Assembly (NCBI GenBank): GCA_965205975.1
Contig: OZ242195.1
Location: 1,568,001 to 1,632,000 of the forward strand
Length of the DNA: 64,000 nucleotides
Direction: 5' to 3'
From: Candidatus Latescibacterota bacterium
GTDB lineage: Bacteria > Latescibacterota > UBA2968
The notes beneath the pieces were generated by a model. It searched no databases. It worked only from the letters and a program-made list of their open reading frames with translations, and had not been told where the DNA came from. This document shows, piece after piece, positions 29,583 to 38,900 of this stretch (position 1 is the stretch's first letter; each line of letters starts with the position of its first letter). A program made the translations under genes and the position numbers.

Positions 29583-29696
29583 ACAGCGATTCCTCCCTTT
29601 TGGTTTAAAATTACCTCACGTTGTGCAAGGCATCCCCCGTCGCTGCCACGCGCTTCAGAGATGCCCTTTTGAGGCTCTGACAAACTTTTATATATA

Positions 29697-29712
29697 TGCA
29701 AAAAGCGTGCCA
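29697..29712 (-). promoter_or_regulatory. sigma54 promoter of the 3826-aa gene
   Basis: TGGCACGCTTTTTGCA; IHF-like CAACACATTGTTT at 29741-29753. Confidence 0.88.
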
Positions 29713-29810
29713 CTGTGAATAGAACCCAAAATGATACTCGCAACACATTGTTTTAAAAGAATATAGAACTGTAAATAAAAACAAAAAACCAGACTGAATT
29801 TTATACCCAG

Positions 29811-29929
29811 GGACAATGTATCGCCCCTGATATAATCAGTCTGGCTCATTTTCTACTTATTATTACAATGATTTATGGCTTTAGGGCGACTATTCGCCCT
29901 AAAAAGCGTTATCGGGCTACTATTCGCCC
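29811..29929. promoter_or_regulatory. GGGCGA-N4-TCGCCC palindromes, candidate enhancer
   Basis: 29884-29899 perfect, 29914-29929 and 29811-29826 degenerate. Confidence 0.7.
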
Positions 29930-29979
29930 CTGAAAGCGTTTAATGCCCAGCCTTTTTATTTTTCTAAAAAGAGTAGAAG
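29930..29979 (-). pseudogene. Isolated 3' end of a bEBP gene
   Basis: Encodes STLFRKIKRLGIKR; near-identical to the ends of bEBP2 and bEBP3. Confidence 0.8.
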
Positions 29980-30012
29980 TCTGACCAGGGACCTCCATAG
30001 CATTTCGACGCA

Positions 30013-32514
30013 TCATTCATAACGCACATCAACCTCTCTCTCCTCAAGGGTTGGAATGTGCGTGTTCAGTGATGTGTCACTCAATGAGTTGTTCCTCAAG
30101 TCAACAGAATCGCCACTACCCAATCCCGTATTTGTGACCAATGACAAAATATCCGAGATGCTGTTGCCGCTGAGATCCAGCCATTCCAGGTACGTCAAGC
30201 CCGATAGTGACGAAATATCCGAGATGCTGTTGCCGCTAAGAAACAGCCATTCCAGGTTCGTCAAGCCCGATAGTGACGAAATATCCGAGATGCTGTTGCC
30301 GCTGAGATCCAGCCGTTCCAGGTCTGTCAAGCTCGATAGCGAGGAAATATCCGAGATGCTGTTGTCGCTAAGAAACAGCCATTCCAGGTTCGTCAAGCTC
30401 GATAGTGACGAAATATCCGAGATGCTGTTGGAATAAAGGTGCAGCCATTCCAGGTTCGTCAAGCCCGATAGCGACGAAATATCCGAGATACTGTTGTTGT
30501 CAAGCGTTAGCTTTTCCAGACGGGTCAAGTTTGATAGCGAGGAAATATCCGAGATGCTGTTGCCGCTAAGAAACAGCCGTTTCAGATTCGTCAATTCTGA
30601 TAGCGAGGAAATAGCCGAGACGCTGTTGTTTTCAAGTTGCAGCGTTTCCAGATTCGTCAATTCTGATAGCGAGGAAATATCCGAGATGCTGTTGTTGTAA
30701 AGTTGCAGCCGTTCCAGGGCCGTCAATTCTGATAGTGACGAAATATCCGAGACGCTGTTGTTGTCGAGTTCCAGCCATTCCAGATTCGTCAATTCTGATA
30801 GTGACGAAATATCCGAGACGCTGTTGTTGTCAAGTTGCAGCCGTTCCAGGGCCGTCAATTCTGATAGTGACGAAATATCATCGATGCTGTTGTTGTAAAG
30901 TACCAGGTCTGTTAGACCGGTGGCAAACTCCAGCCCGGTCAAATCCCCAATGCTCACACCTGTTGCCTGAAGAGTAGTTAAGGTTGACATCTCTTCTTCG
31001 GTGATTGGCGCACCGGCTGTCTTTTCCAGACTGCTCTCAATAGCAGTGCGCAGGTTTGGATCGGGAATGTTCACCCCTGAAATCTGCTGCTGTTGCCGTG
31101 ATATTGGTGGCGTCGGGTCGTTCACAGGTGGTGGCGTCGTAACGTCGCTCCCACGACTGCCACTATCACTGCCACTGCCACTGCCACCCGGTATGACCTT
31201 CAATTCAGAGGTCTTCCACTCACTCGATTCAGACCATTCACTCACACCTTCCTCATTCGTCGCCCGCACCTGTATCGCATAGCTTGTGGTCGAAAACAAT
31301 CCCGTCAAGCGCACCCGCCTTTCCGTGCCGTCATAATTCGCATCTGTGAACACATCGCTGTCGGCTTGCCGGTATTGCACATCGTAGTCCGTGATCTCAG
31401 GACCCGTGTTTACAGGCTCTTCCCAGACTACGGTCAGGCTCGTCGAAGCAATCGCCGAGACACTCGGCGGGGCAGGCTGCAGAGGCGGTTCGTCGATGTC
31501 AGTGATGGTAATAGCTACAGCAAGACGCGTCTCGCCGCCTTCGCCATCACTGACATCGACGGTGACGGAATACATATCCTTTTGCTCAAAGTTATACGTG
31601 CCTTTCGCCTGAATTTGTCCCGTGCTCTCATCTATAGCAAAACTGTCTGCATCGGCACCGCTGAGGCGATAGGTGAGGGGATCACCATCGCCATCGGTTG
31701 CAACTATCGGTTCGCCTATCGCCTGTCCAGGTGCGGTGTTCTCATTCAGGGAGAGCGTCACAGGAGGTTCTAACGTGAAGACAGGTGGGCGATTGACTAC
31801 TTTGCCAAAGTTATCCATAAAGAGCAGAAAATCGGGAATCCCAATCTCGCCATCCCCATTTAGATCGTATTTTGCCTCATAAGTATCTTGACCTTCCTTT
31901 GATCCGAACACATCGATAAAGAGCAAGAAGTCCGGGATACCAACCGTGCTACTCCTGTCAAAGTCTGGAGATGGCAGTTGGGCGAGCCTCAAGGTAGCAC
32001 TCAGGTCCATCGATACGGTCTCTGTCTGTCCATCTCGCACAAGCCTTGCACGCACCAATCCTATGTCTGTGCCTGAAAAGGCTTCTGTTGTGCGAAAGCG
32101 TATCGTGCCGATAAGACCGCTACCTGGACTGTTAGCCGATAGGGTTATCCCGATATTTGCAACGTCATTTCCCGTAAGTGCCGAGGTGCCAGATACGATA
32201 TGGGATCGCTTGAAGCCTTCGTAAGTAGCCTGAGAGGGGTCGAATTCAAAGCGGAGGGAGAGGTCGCTTGCAGATGCAATATCTGTGGCGAAGATTTGGA
32301 TGGGGACGGTGCGATTGGGTAAGACATCGAGAGAGGAGATTGCTTGATCGCCTTCAGAGCTATTCAGGTCCAGAGAGAGGGAAAAACTGCTCGTCTGGGT
32401 GGATAGAGACCACGGAAATAGCAAGAGCAGAAGGCTCAGCACACGGACTATGCCGACCGCGAAGGGGAAAATTTTAACGCGGGAGAGGGGTGTGTTTTTG
32501 AGATATATATTCAT
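30013..32514 (-). CDS. Secreted cohesin-like/dockerin-like/cadherin/fn3 protein with internalin-like LRRs
   Basis: Signal peptide, DFDRSSTVGIPDF pair, cadherin, fn3, IPDPNLRTAI cap, ~12 LRRs of 22 aa. Confidence 0.9.
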   Translation of the reverse strand: MNIYLKNTPLSRVKIFPFAVGIVRVLSLLLLLFPWSLSTQTSSFSLSLDLNSSEGDQAISSLDVLPNRTVPIQIFATDIASASDLSLRFEFDPSQATYEGFKRSHIVSGTSALTGNDVANIGITLSANSPGSGLIGTIRFRTTEAFSGTDIGLVRARLVRDGQTETVSMDLSATLRLAQLPSPDFDRSSTVGIPDFLLFIDVFGSKEGQDTYEAKYDLNGDGEIGIPDFLLFMDNFGKVVNRPPVFTLEPPVTLSLNENTAPGQAIGEPIVATDGDGDPLTYRLSGADADSFAIDESTGQIQAKGTYNFEQKDMYSVTVDVSDGEGGETRLAVAITITDIDEPPLQPAPPSVSAIASTSLTVVWEEPVNTGPEITDYDVQYRQADSDVFTDANYDGTERRVRLTGLFSTTSYAIQVRATNEEGVSEWSESSEWKTSELKVIPGGSGSGSDSGSRGSDVTTPPPVNDPTPPISRQQQQISGVNIPDPNLRTAIESSLEKTAGAPITEEEMSTLTTLQATGVSIGDLTGLEFATGLTDLVLYNNSIDDISSLSELTALERLQLDNNSVSDISSLSELTNLEWLELDNNSVSDISSLSELTALERLQLYNNSISDISSLSELTNLETLQLENNSVSAISSLSELTNLKRLFLSGNSISDISSLSNLTRLEKLTLDNNSISDISSLSGLTNLEWLHLYSNSISDISSLSSLTNLEWLFLSDNSISDISSLSSLTDLERLDLSGNSISDISSLSGLTNLEWLFLSGNSISDISSLSGLTYLEWLDLSGNSISDILSLVTNTGLGSGDSVDLRNNSLSDTSLNTHIPTLEEREVDVRYE
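30140..30900 (-). repeat. ~12 tandem 66-bp LRR-coding repeats
   Basis: GAAATATCCGAGA(T/C)GCTGTTG recurs every 66 bp. Confidence 0.92.
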
Positions 32515-32553
32515 ATTATTCCAATATTTATGGTTGTTGGGCGATCATTCGCC

Positions 32554-35500
32554 CTAAGTGCGTTTAAGACCCAGCCTTTTTATTTTGCTAAAAAGAGTAG
32601 AAGACGGTAATCCCAGCAGGGCCGCTGCACCCTGAGCGCCTTTTACCCGATAGTTGGTCGCTTTGAGCACTTTGAGGATGTGACGGCGTTCGAGTTCATC
32701 CAAAGTCACAACTGCTCGGCTCTGATCTAACTCGTGAGCGAGATCTGTAATCTGGGCATTAGACAGTCCAAGGTCACTTACGCCAATTTGAGAATTGCGA
32801 CACACAATTACGGCGTGGTTTATCGCATGCTCCAATTCCCGCACATTACCCGGCCAATCGCAGGCTTGCAACACCTCAATAACCGCTATCGTCAAAGGAG
32901 CTATGTCCTTGCCCAGATGCGCTGCCATGCGGGCCTTGAAATACTCCGCCAACTCCGGGATGTCCTCCCTGCGCTCGCGAAGCGGCGGCAAAGACATCGG
33001 AAACGCGTGGAGGCGGTAATAGAGATCCTCCCGAAAATCACCTGTGCCGACCATCTCCTCAAGATTGCGATTCGTCGCTGCCACAATCCGCGTCTTTGCC
33101 ATCAGCGTCTCACTGCCCCCAACCCGCTCATAAGTGCCCTCTTCCAGCAAGCGCAACAGCCTGGCCTGTGTTGCCAGAGTCATATCGCCGATCTCATCGA
33201 GGAAGAGCGTGCCATCTTTGGCCAGTTCCACCTTGCCCAGCCTGCGAGAAACTGCACTGGTAAACGCCCCTCTCTCGTGACCAAACAGTTCACTGTCAAT
33301 TAGTGTTTCAGGCAGTGCACCGCAGTTGACCTGTATAAAAGGCCCATCGCTATGGGCACTTTGTGCGTGTAACACCCGTGCAGCCAAGCCCTTACCCACA
33401 CCTGTCTCGCCCATAATCAGCACCGTAATATCAGTGGGTGCCACCTTCAGGAGTTTGTTTTGAAACTGATACAGAGCAGCGCTTTGTCCAATAAATCTTT
33501 TGTCTCCCTGACTATTGAGCGCCGTTTTCAGGCCTTCGATACGCGGATCTTCTTCTACCGAGATCTGCACCTGCGCGATCTCCGAGTAATTGAGGTCGCG
33601 ATCTATCGCCCGGACCTGAAAGGTGTAGTCTCCCGGCGGCAAGTCCCGGTAATGCGCCCGCGTCTTTCGGGTCGGTAGCTGCCAGTTGGGGTCGTGTCCT
33701 TTTAATCGGCAAACATACAGCATATCGCTGGAATGGGTGGAAAAACTCAGGCCCTTGTACTCTAAAATCACATTCTGATCTGCGGTAGATACGATAATTT
33801 CCTCCGGACTCTCATAGACCTGATTGGCAATCACCTGCAGCAGGCGAATCCGGGGCGGCGTTTGTAGCGGACGGTAGCGTATGACAGTACCCAGCGTCGT
33901 GCCAAACCAAAAAGCGCCGTCGCGATCTTCGAATATCTGAGAAACCGGTCCTATATGCGGTGACTTGATGGCCTGAAAAAGCTGACCATCGTAGTGGATC
34001 ACACCCACATCTGTGCCGAACCAGAGGTGGCCTTGCGAATCCTCGAATAGACAACGGATACGATCACTCGGCAACCCGTCTTCTGTCGTGAAGGTGTGGA
34101 AAGTGCGACCATCAAAGCGGCACATACCGCTCAAAGTGGCGATCCACAGGTTGCCTGCGCGGTCTAAGAGCAGGTCAGTGACCTTGTCGTCGATCAACCC
34201 ATCTTCAATGCCATAAAATTTGAGACCCTCTTCGGGATGCCAGCGCGCCAGACCCCTGTCGCCAGTGTGGCAGACCAAATGAAAATAGATCTCGCCCTTG
34301 CGCCCGACAACCACAGTGCCAATGCGGTCTAAAAAACCTTCCTTTTTGTCCTTTAAAAAAATGGTTTGAAACTGCTCGCCCCGCTGGTAAATGATCTTTA
34401 ATGGCCTATCCAAAAGCCTTTCTTTTTTTGTTTTCATTTCATTAAATTTCTTTTCCCTACAGCCGAAAAGGAATTGACCTTGCGCGTCCTGGGTGATTGC
34501 GCTGATGCTCATGTCGGCTGACCCCGCATCTATTTTTTCCTTTTTAAACTCCTGCCCATCGTAGCGGAACAGGCCGTTGAAGCCGCCAAACCACAGATAC
34601 CCTTCGCGGTCCTCGTACATAGAGAAACAGTTGTCGATATCAAAGCCCTGCTCGGAGCCTAAAAATGCAAAGTGTTCGCCATCAAAACGGGCGACGTCTT
34701 TGTTCAGGGAGGTGAGAATAGGGGAAACATACCCGATCCATATATCACCTCGCCGGTCTTGCACGATCTGCGAGACCTCGCTCGGCTCTTTGTCTTTGGG
34801 AGAAGCCTTCTCGAGGCCAAGAACGCTGATACTATGTTCATCGTAAAGCATCACACCACACCAGGTAGCGAACCAATACTGATGATTGCGATCCTGGAAT
34901 ACAGCTTTAACTGCATTCTGGGGCAGCTCATCAACAGGGGTAAACCTGCTGAACCCATCACCGTTCTGATACCATACGCCTTCCGAGGTGCACAACCACA
35001 TTCGCCCTTCCCGATCAAACTGAATTTTGCGTAGCCCCCACCCCAAACCTATTTGAACGGACTGGAAGGCACCATCGGCATAGCACCAGAGTTCATCTCG
35101 ATTTCCAAACCGACCGATCCACACTTTGCCGGTATGATCTTTATCTACGATATAGGCGGTTCCATCTGGCGGAAAGCCATCTTTCTCCTCATAGCGGTGG
35201 AAGGATGTACCATCGAAGCGGATGAGGTAGTTAAAGCCAAACCACAGGTGTCCTTGCGGATCCTGGGTAATACCCCAACACGGAGGCCACTTATTAGAAG
35301 GAGGCACCTCGTATTGCTGAAGGTAGAGCGGAATCATGTCGTGGAAAGCAGTGCCATCGCAATACCCCAGGGTACTCGTGCCACCAAACCATACACGTCC
35401 CTCACGGTCTTCGTAGATGGACTGCACAGTTCGGCCTGCAATGCCCGTGTCCTTCAAATGGTGAAATTCTGCTCCGTCATACCAGCAGACGCCATTTTCG

Positions 35501-35745
35501 GTGCCAAACCACAACCGATTCTGACTGTCTTGTAAAACAAAAAAAGTCCGGTCACTACAAAGACCATCTCTTTCGGTAAAATTCTTGAATTCGTCTCCAT
35601 CAAAGCGGCTCACGCCGTTGTCCCAGGTGGCGAACCAGATACAGCCCTCGCTATCCTCAGCGATGTGTTCAACGCGCATCCCTGCAAGGCCATCGGCGAT
35701 AGAATAAGTCCGACAGATGCCCGTGTGACCAAGTGATCCGATCAT
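32554..35745 (-). CDS. sigma54 bEBP 2 (propeller + Y_Y_Y + AAA+ + HTH)
   Basis: Same architecture as bEBP1; GAFTSA variant. Confidence 0.95.
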   Translation of the reverse strand: MIGSLGHTGICRTYSIADGLAGMRVEHIAEDSEGCIWFATWDNGVSRFDGDEFKNFTERDGLCSDRTFFVLQDSQNRLWFGTENGVCWYDGAEFHHLKDTGIAGRTVQSIYEDREGRVWFGGTSTLGYCDGTAFHDMIPLYLQQYEVPPSNKWPPCWGITQDPQGHLWFGFNYLIRFDGTSFHRYEEKDGFPPDGTAYIVDKDHTGKVWIGRFGNRDELWCYADGAFQSVQIGLGWGLRKIQFDREGRMWLCTSEGVWYQNGDGFSRFTPVDELPQNAVKAVFQDRNHQYWFATWCGVMLYDEHSISVLGLEKASPKDKEPSEVSQIVQDRRGDIWIGYVSPILTSLNKDVARFDGEHFAFLGSEQGFDIDNCFSMYEDREGYLWFGGFNGLFRYDGQEFKKEKIDAGSADMSISAITQDAQGQFLFGCREKKFNEMKTKKERLLDRPLKIIYQRGEQFQTIFLKDKKEGFLDRIGTVVVGRKGEIYFHLVCHTGDRGLARWHPEEGLKFYGIEDGLIDDKVTDLLLDRAGNLWIATLSGMCRFDGRTFHTFTTEDGLPSDRIRCLFEDSQGHLWFGTDVGVIHYDGQLFQAIKSPHIGPVSQIFEDRDGAFWFGTTLGTVIRYRPLQTPPRIRLLQVIANQVYESPEEIIVSTADQNVILEYKGLSFSTHSSDMLYVCRLKGHDPNWQLPTRKTRAHYRDLPPGDYTFQVRAIDRDLNYSEIAQVQISVEEDPRIEGLKTALNSQGDKRFIGQSAALYQFQNKLLKVAPTDITVLIMGETGVGKGLAARVLHAQSAHSDGPFIQVNCGALPETLIDSELFGHERGAFTSAVSRRLGKVELAKDGTLFLDEIGDMTLATQARLLRLLEEGTYERVGGSETLMAKTRIVAATNRNLEEMVGTGDFREDLYYRLHAFPMSLPPLRERREDIPELAEYFKARMAAHLGKDIAPLTIAVIEVLQACDWPGNVRELEHAINHAVIVCRNSQIGVSDLGLSNAQITDLAHELDQSRAVVTLDELERRHILKVLKATNYRVKGAQGAAALLGLPSSTLFSKIKRLGLKRT

Positions 35746-35797
35746 AATAAAAATCCTTATTATTACGCGCCTGCATTATCGCAACCCTGCGGACGCA

Positions 35798-35876
35798 CTA
35801 TTTCAGCAGCAAAAGACGGCGTACCTGCACCTCCTGTGCACTGGACAACCGATACAGATAGATCCCACTGGCAACC
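35798..35876 (-). pseudogene. Relic of a FlgD/T9SS-like C-terminal tail
   Basis: Matches the last ~26 codons (VASGIYLYRLSSAQEVQVRRLLLLK*) of the genes ending at 41268 and 47190. Confidence 0.85.
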
Positions 35877-35902
35877 AGATGAGACATGCACACGGGGCGC
35901 CT

Positions 35903-38900
35903 CTACCAGCCTATTGTGGCGCGACCAACAATCCCATGATCCGCACCGATAGACAACGGACTCGCACGACGATGGGCATCAACACCCAACTCAAAACGCA
36001 AGCCCTCATTAACAGGCGCACTGATGCCATAACCAACGCGATAATCCCGACCTTGAACCGAGGTCGCAAAGCCCAAACGCGGCGTGCCCACAAAGCGCCT
36101 GCCCAACGCCAAACCATACCCCAGATCCGCATCGAGCCGGTTGCCCAACGTGTAGCTGCCACCCGCTATACCCGACATCGTAGGCCGACCCCACAACGCC
36201 TCGGCTCCGCTCGTCGCCTGATCCCCCCAGGAAGGCGACACACGCATCGTCAAACCCAATGGCGTCGATGGACTCGGATTGTAACTGAAAGACACTGCCA
36301 TACCGCGCTCACCGTAGCCTTCCGCCTCGTGGACCAGCAACGTCCGCACGCGCATATCCACCTCCAGACCCGTCAAAGGATCGGAAACAACCAGACCCCC
36401 TGCAATATCCAGACCCGATCCTGTCTCGGCATCGCCCCCATCGTGACGAAGACCAACCATCACGCTCGGAGATAGAGACAATCGGCTCCGGAACGTCAGG
36501 ACATGAGATCCTTCAAGTGCTGTGCGCACACGGCTTACCACTGAACGCGTCGCTGCCAGATTGCCCGAAGAACCAGATACTGCACCACTCGACGTACCTA
36601 CCCACAACGCATCGGCCTTATACGACAACCTGAAACCATTCCCGCCACTGCCGATCAATTCGCCGCGCGTGCCCACCGCAGCCAGCGACATCGACAGACC
36701 CGCAGACAGTTGCAAGGCGTCTTCTTGACTCAACAGCATATCACCCACACCGTAGCCACCTACTGCCCACACCGTCATCCGATCCGTCAAACGATAGCCC
36801 AGCCACGGATAAAGACCCGTCACCGACGAAGCCACACGACCACCACCCACCCCACCCGTGTAACTGCCCAATCCCCAACTGCGAGACAAAGACAAGCCCA
36901 CCAGAAAAGGTCCCTTCGCGTAGTCAGTACCGAGCATCGCCGTGCGAACAGTGCCATCCAGACCCAGATCATCTTCGCGACCAAAAAAGGACGACCGCGC
37001 ACCACGGCTCCAGAAAGAGAACACGCCTCCCCGATCCATCTCACGGTTAAGCGTAAACGACGAACCCGTCAGCACATCGCCCGTCCTGAAAAGGGAACGC
37101 AACACTCCCGAAAGACCAAAGTCCCTATCGACGTCATCACCATATCTCAGACCGCCAAGACCATACACAAAGCGATCCGCCACGTCTGTAACCATATCCT
37201 CAGCCCCGCGCAACTGATGACCCGCCAAACGTCCCTCAAAACCCGACTCACGCCGTGCCTGCAGACGCTCCTCCACATATTCCACCACCTGCAACGCCGC
37301 CGTCCGACCAAACCGCGCAAGCAGGCCCTTAGGCATTGGATCGATGTTCACGATCGTCCCGGTCGCGTCGCCGTCGTCGATCCACACGTCGCCGCCCGAC
37401 GCGTTGGTCAGCGTCAGCTTGAACGTCTCCTCGCCCTCGTCAATGGCATCGTCGAGCACCGCCACCGCCACCGTCGTCGCCGTCTCGCCGACCGCGAACG
37501 TCAGCGTGCCCGTGGCCTGCGTGTAGTCCGACCCTGCTCTCGCGGAGCCGTTCGCAGTCGCGTAGTCCACCGTCACCGTCTCCGACGAAGCCCGACTCAG
37601 CGTCACCGCGAAGTCCACCGTCGCCCCGGCCGCCTCCGTCACCCGCGCGTCCGCCACCCTAAAGGCCGGCGGCCCCTTGATCTCCGCGGTCGCCGTGTTC
37701 GACAGCGCCTCGCCGTTGGGCATGCACACCGCCCCCTCGTCCGAACACGAGCCGCTCGGGCCGATCGACACCTCCATGTCGGTATGCGCGATCGGCTGTA
37801 TGACGACCACCCAGCGGTCGTTGCGCGCGCTGTCCTCACGCCGTACCCTGACCCTTCCTGGCACGTTGCTCTGCCGCATCTTCAGGGCGTGCTCCTGCAG
37901 CGTCCGGTAGCTCAAGCCTTCCGGGTTCTTGTTGAACACCAACCGGAGCTCCACCTCGTTGCTTCCGTCATGCGTGGCCGGCACGTCCTCGAATCGCACG
38001 GTGAACGGTTCACCCGGGACCACGCCTGACACGGCGGCTGCCAGCGGGCGATTGTCCGACGTGCAGATCGCGTCGCTTGCCGTGCAGTCAGTCGTCTCAG
38101 GCAGCACGATCGACACATCCGCTCCCACCTCCGGCTCCACCCGGATTCGCCAGCGCCGGTTGTTGTCCGCCTCGAAGCGGCTCACGCCGGTCACCGCGCC
38201 GCCGGTCACCTGCACACCGTCCTGCAGCGTCCGGTAGCTCAGCGAGATCTGCTCGCTGAACCGCAGCTCGAACGTGAACGCCTCGTCGCTGTGGGTATCC
38301 GGCAGGTCGTGGAACTCCCCGGACAGCGGCGACTCGGTATCGTTGTCGGAGATGGTCACCACCGCGGTGCCGTCGACTATGTGCGACCCGCCGCCAGCGG
38401 GATTGGAGAACTGCAGCGTAAAGGTCTCGCCGCCGTCGTCGAAGTTGTCGTTGAGCAGCGGCACCGATACGGTCGCCTCGCTCTCGCCCGCCGCGAAGGT
38501 GAGCGTCCCGGACGTAGATATGTAGTCCTGCCCCGCGATCGCCGTGCCGTCGGCGGTGGCATAGTCCACCGTCACGCTGCCAGCGGATGCCCGGCTCAGG
38601 GTGACCCGCACATCCGCGGTCGCGTTCCGGTCCTCGTTGGCCCGCGTGTCGCGCACCGAGACCCCCGGCGGCCCCTTGATTCTCTTGGTGATCTGGTTCG
38701 AGAGCTTCAGGCCTTCTTCCGTACACACCGCGCCCTCGTCCTCGCAGTTCTGGGTCGGGCCGACGCTCACGACGATGTCTTCGTGTTTGGAATTCTCATA
38801 GAACGGCATGAACGGGACGTCGAAGTGCCAACGCCGCCCGCTGTCGTCGCCGATCTTGTACACCCTGGTCGCCCGGATATCCCGGTATCCCAGGCTCATC

